The notes under the pieces: generated by a model
What the model saw: the letters and a program-made list of their open reading frames with translations, nothing else
Databases searched by the model: none
Told to the model about the DNA's origin: nothing
In this document: in pieces, positions 62,163 to 64,000 of the stretch
Layout: each line of letters opens with the position of its first letter
Numbering within the stretch: the first letter of the stretch is position 1
Position numbers and translations under genes: made by a program
NCBI GenBank assembly: GCA_964202905.1
Contig: CAXNJO010000009.1
Span: 128,001-192,000, forward strand
Origin: Polyangiales bacterium
Lineage (GTDB): Bacteria > Myxococcota_A > Polyangia > Polyangiales > JADJQN01
Direction: 5' to 3'
DNA length: 64,000 nucleotides

Positions 62163-64000
62163 TCACGGCCCCGCGTCCGGCGCGGGCGCAGGTCCCACCC
62201 CGCCGTCGAGCCCGGCGCCTTCGGCCGCGAGCTCCATCATCTCCTCCATCGTGAGGACACGCTGCGGCGCCGCGGGTGCATCGCCCGCCGGCGCGCCCTC
62301 CTCGGCCTGACGCATCATCTCCTCCATCGTCATCGCACCGCCGCCCCCGGCTGCGCGAGGCGCGGCTTCGCCGGACCCGTCCGCATCGTCGACCACCTCG
62401 GCCGGGCGTCCGGTCGACGTGCCCTCCGTCGGTGGGATCAGCCAGTTCGCGACGCCTACCGAGGGCGCATCGGTGAAGGTGATGATGCCGAGTCCGACCA
62501 GCATGACCGCCACGAAGGGCAGCGCCGCGCGCGTGATGTACCCGACGGGCTTGTTGAAGAGCGTGCTCGCGATGAAGAGGTTCAACCCGACGGGCGGCGT
62601 GAGATAGCCGATCTCGAGGTTGACGATGAAGATGATCCCGAAGTGCAGCGGGTCGATGCCGGCCGCGAGCGCCATCGGGGCGAGCAGCGGCACGAAGATG
62701 AAGATCGCGCTCATGATGTCGAGCAGGCAGCCCACCACGAGCAGCAGCAGGTTGACCACGATGAGGAACTGCCAGGGCGCGAGATGCATCGAGTCGACCC
62801 AGTCGGCCGCGAGCGCGGGCAGGCCCTGCATGTCGAGGAACTCGCCGAAGGTCATGGCGACCACGAGGATCACGAGGAACGAGCCGAGCATCACGCCCGT
62901 TTCCTGGAAGACGCTGGGGATCTCCGAGAGCTTGACCGCGCGGTGGATGAACACCTCGACGACCACGGCGTACACGACGCTGAAGCACGCGGACTCGATC
63001 GCGTTGAAGATGCCGCTGAAGATCCCGACCGAGATGATCACCGGGAAGAGCAGCGCCCAGATGCCGTCTCGGGTCTCGCGCCAGAGCGTCGATAGCGAGA
63101 ACGCCTGCCGGGGGGTCTTGTCGCGGAGCCCCTGGACCACGCCCATCGCCATCAGGATCGAACCGATCACGAAGCCCGGACCGTAGCCGCACGCGAAGAG
63201 TCGCTCGACCTGGATGGGCGCGGTCGTGTTGACGATCGCGTACACGATCATCGGGATGGACGGCGGAATCAGGATGCCGAGCGAGCCGGCGCTGGTCACG
63301 AGTCCGTACGAGAACTCCTTCTTGTAGCCCTGCGCGATGAGCGACGGCGCCATCATCCCGCCGATCGCGACGACGGTCGCCGGCGACGAACCGCTGATCG
63401 CCGCGAAGATCATGCACGCGAGGACCGCGCTCACGGCGAGGCCGCCGGGTAGCCAGCCGACGAGCGCCATCGAGAAGGCGACGAGTCGCTTCGAGATCTC
63501 GCCGCGCCCCATGACGGCGCCGCTCATGATGAAGAAGGGGATGGCGAGCAGCGCCTGGTTGTCGGCGAGGCCGCGAACGCGCTCGATCAGCGTGAGGTCG
63601 TTGAAGCTCGTGAGCCCCCCCCAGAGGAAGAAGCAGAGCACGGCGACGATGCCGAGGAGCACGAACATCGGGAGCCCGAGGGCGACCATCACGAGGATCG
63701 CCGCGCCGAGCAGGCCGCCCTTGCCGAGGAAGCAGAGGCCAACCGCGACGACGGCGACGATCGCGAGGACGACGGGCTTACCGCGGCGCTCGGCCTCCTC
63801 CGCATCTCGCTGCGCGGCCAGCATCTCCGGCGTCTTCTCGGCACTCTGGGCCGCCTTCTCAGCGTCCTCCATGCCCTCGGCCTTCGCGGGCGTCCCGTAG
63901 TCGCCACCGCGGAGCGCGCTCACGGCCGCCGCGATGAAGCGAACCATCGTGAGCCCGAACGCGATCGGCACCGCGACCGTCTGCACCCAGTCCGGGACGC
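62163..64000 (-). CDS. TRAP transporter permease (DctM-like, probably a DctQM fusion; 5' truncated by the window edge)
   Basis: LLAIPFFIMSG, FAAISGSSPAT, LGILIPPSIPMIVY, GIDPLHFG, IGYLTPPVGLNLF; upstream AVPIAFGLTMVRF resembles the last DctQ helix. Confidence 0.9.
   Translation of the reverse strand, partial: VPDWVQTVAVPIAFGLTMVRFIAAAVSALRGGDYGTPAKAEGMEDAEKAAQSAEKTPEMLAAQRDAEEAERRGKPVVLAIVAVVAVGLCFLGKGGLLGAAILVMVALGLPMFVLLGIVAVLCFFLWGGLTSFNDLTLIERVRGLADNQALLAIPFFIMSGAVMGRGEISKRLVAFSMALVGWLPGGLAVSAVLACMIFAAISGSSPATVVAIGGMMAPSLIAQGYKKEFSYGLVTSAGSLGILIPPSIPMIVYAIVNTTAPIQVERLFACGYGPGFVIGSILMAMGVVQGLRDKTPRQAFSLSTLWRETRDGIWALLFPVIISVGIFSGIFNAIESACFSVVYAVVVEVFIHRAVKLSEIPSVFQETGVMLGSFLVILVVAMTFGEFLDMQGLPALAADWVDSMHLAPWQFLIVVNLLLLVVGCLLDIMSAIFIFVPLLAPMALAAGIDPLHFGIIFIVNLEIGYLTPPVGLNLFIASTLFNKPVGYITRAALPFVAVMLVGLGIITFTDAPSVGVANWLIPPTEGTSTGRPAEVVDDADGSGEAAPRAAGGGGAMTMEEMMRQAEEGAPAGDAPAAPQRVLTMEEMMELAAEGAGLDGGVGPAPAPDAGP

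Overview
Very GC-rich (about 75% by eye) bacterial chromosomal DNA. Gene content points to Myxococcota, probably Polyangiales: Cys-rich and DAG-linker lipoproteins, a MYXO-CTERM-like tail, an extended PilT, and a tilS-ftsH-folP-cdaA-cdaR block. There are about 49 densely packed CDSs: a Rieske/cytochrome b-diheme c pair, tamAB, glmM, a c-di-AMP synthase block, a manA-flavoenzyme-GT2-deacetylase cluster, RNase HI and an RNase HII-like protein, an Rph-like phosphotransferase coupled to an RluA-family gene, purF, a BKACE/crotonase pair, and TRAP-yajC-secD-secF-recJ. I found no rRNA, tRNA, CRISPR array, transposase or integrase. Several genes carry frameshifts that look like long-read consensus errors. 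The most striking non-obvious signals are: (1) many genes have a TAnnnT -10 box 5-8 nt before the start codon and no Shine-Dalgarno, suggesting widespread leaderless mRNA; (2) an AT-rich palindrome TGAAY-N4-RTTCA-TTC occurs three times; (3) glmM is inverted relative to cdaA-cdaR, with an orphan promoter-like module in the gap; (4) a 157-nt rod-like fold sits between convergent genes. All calls come from motif reading by eye; no database search was run.
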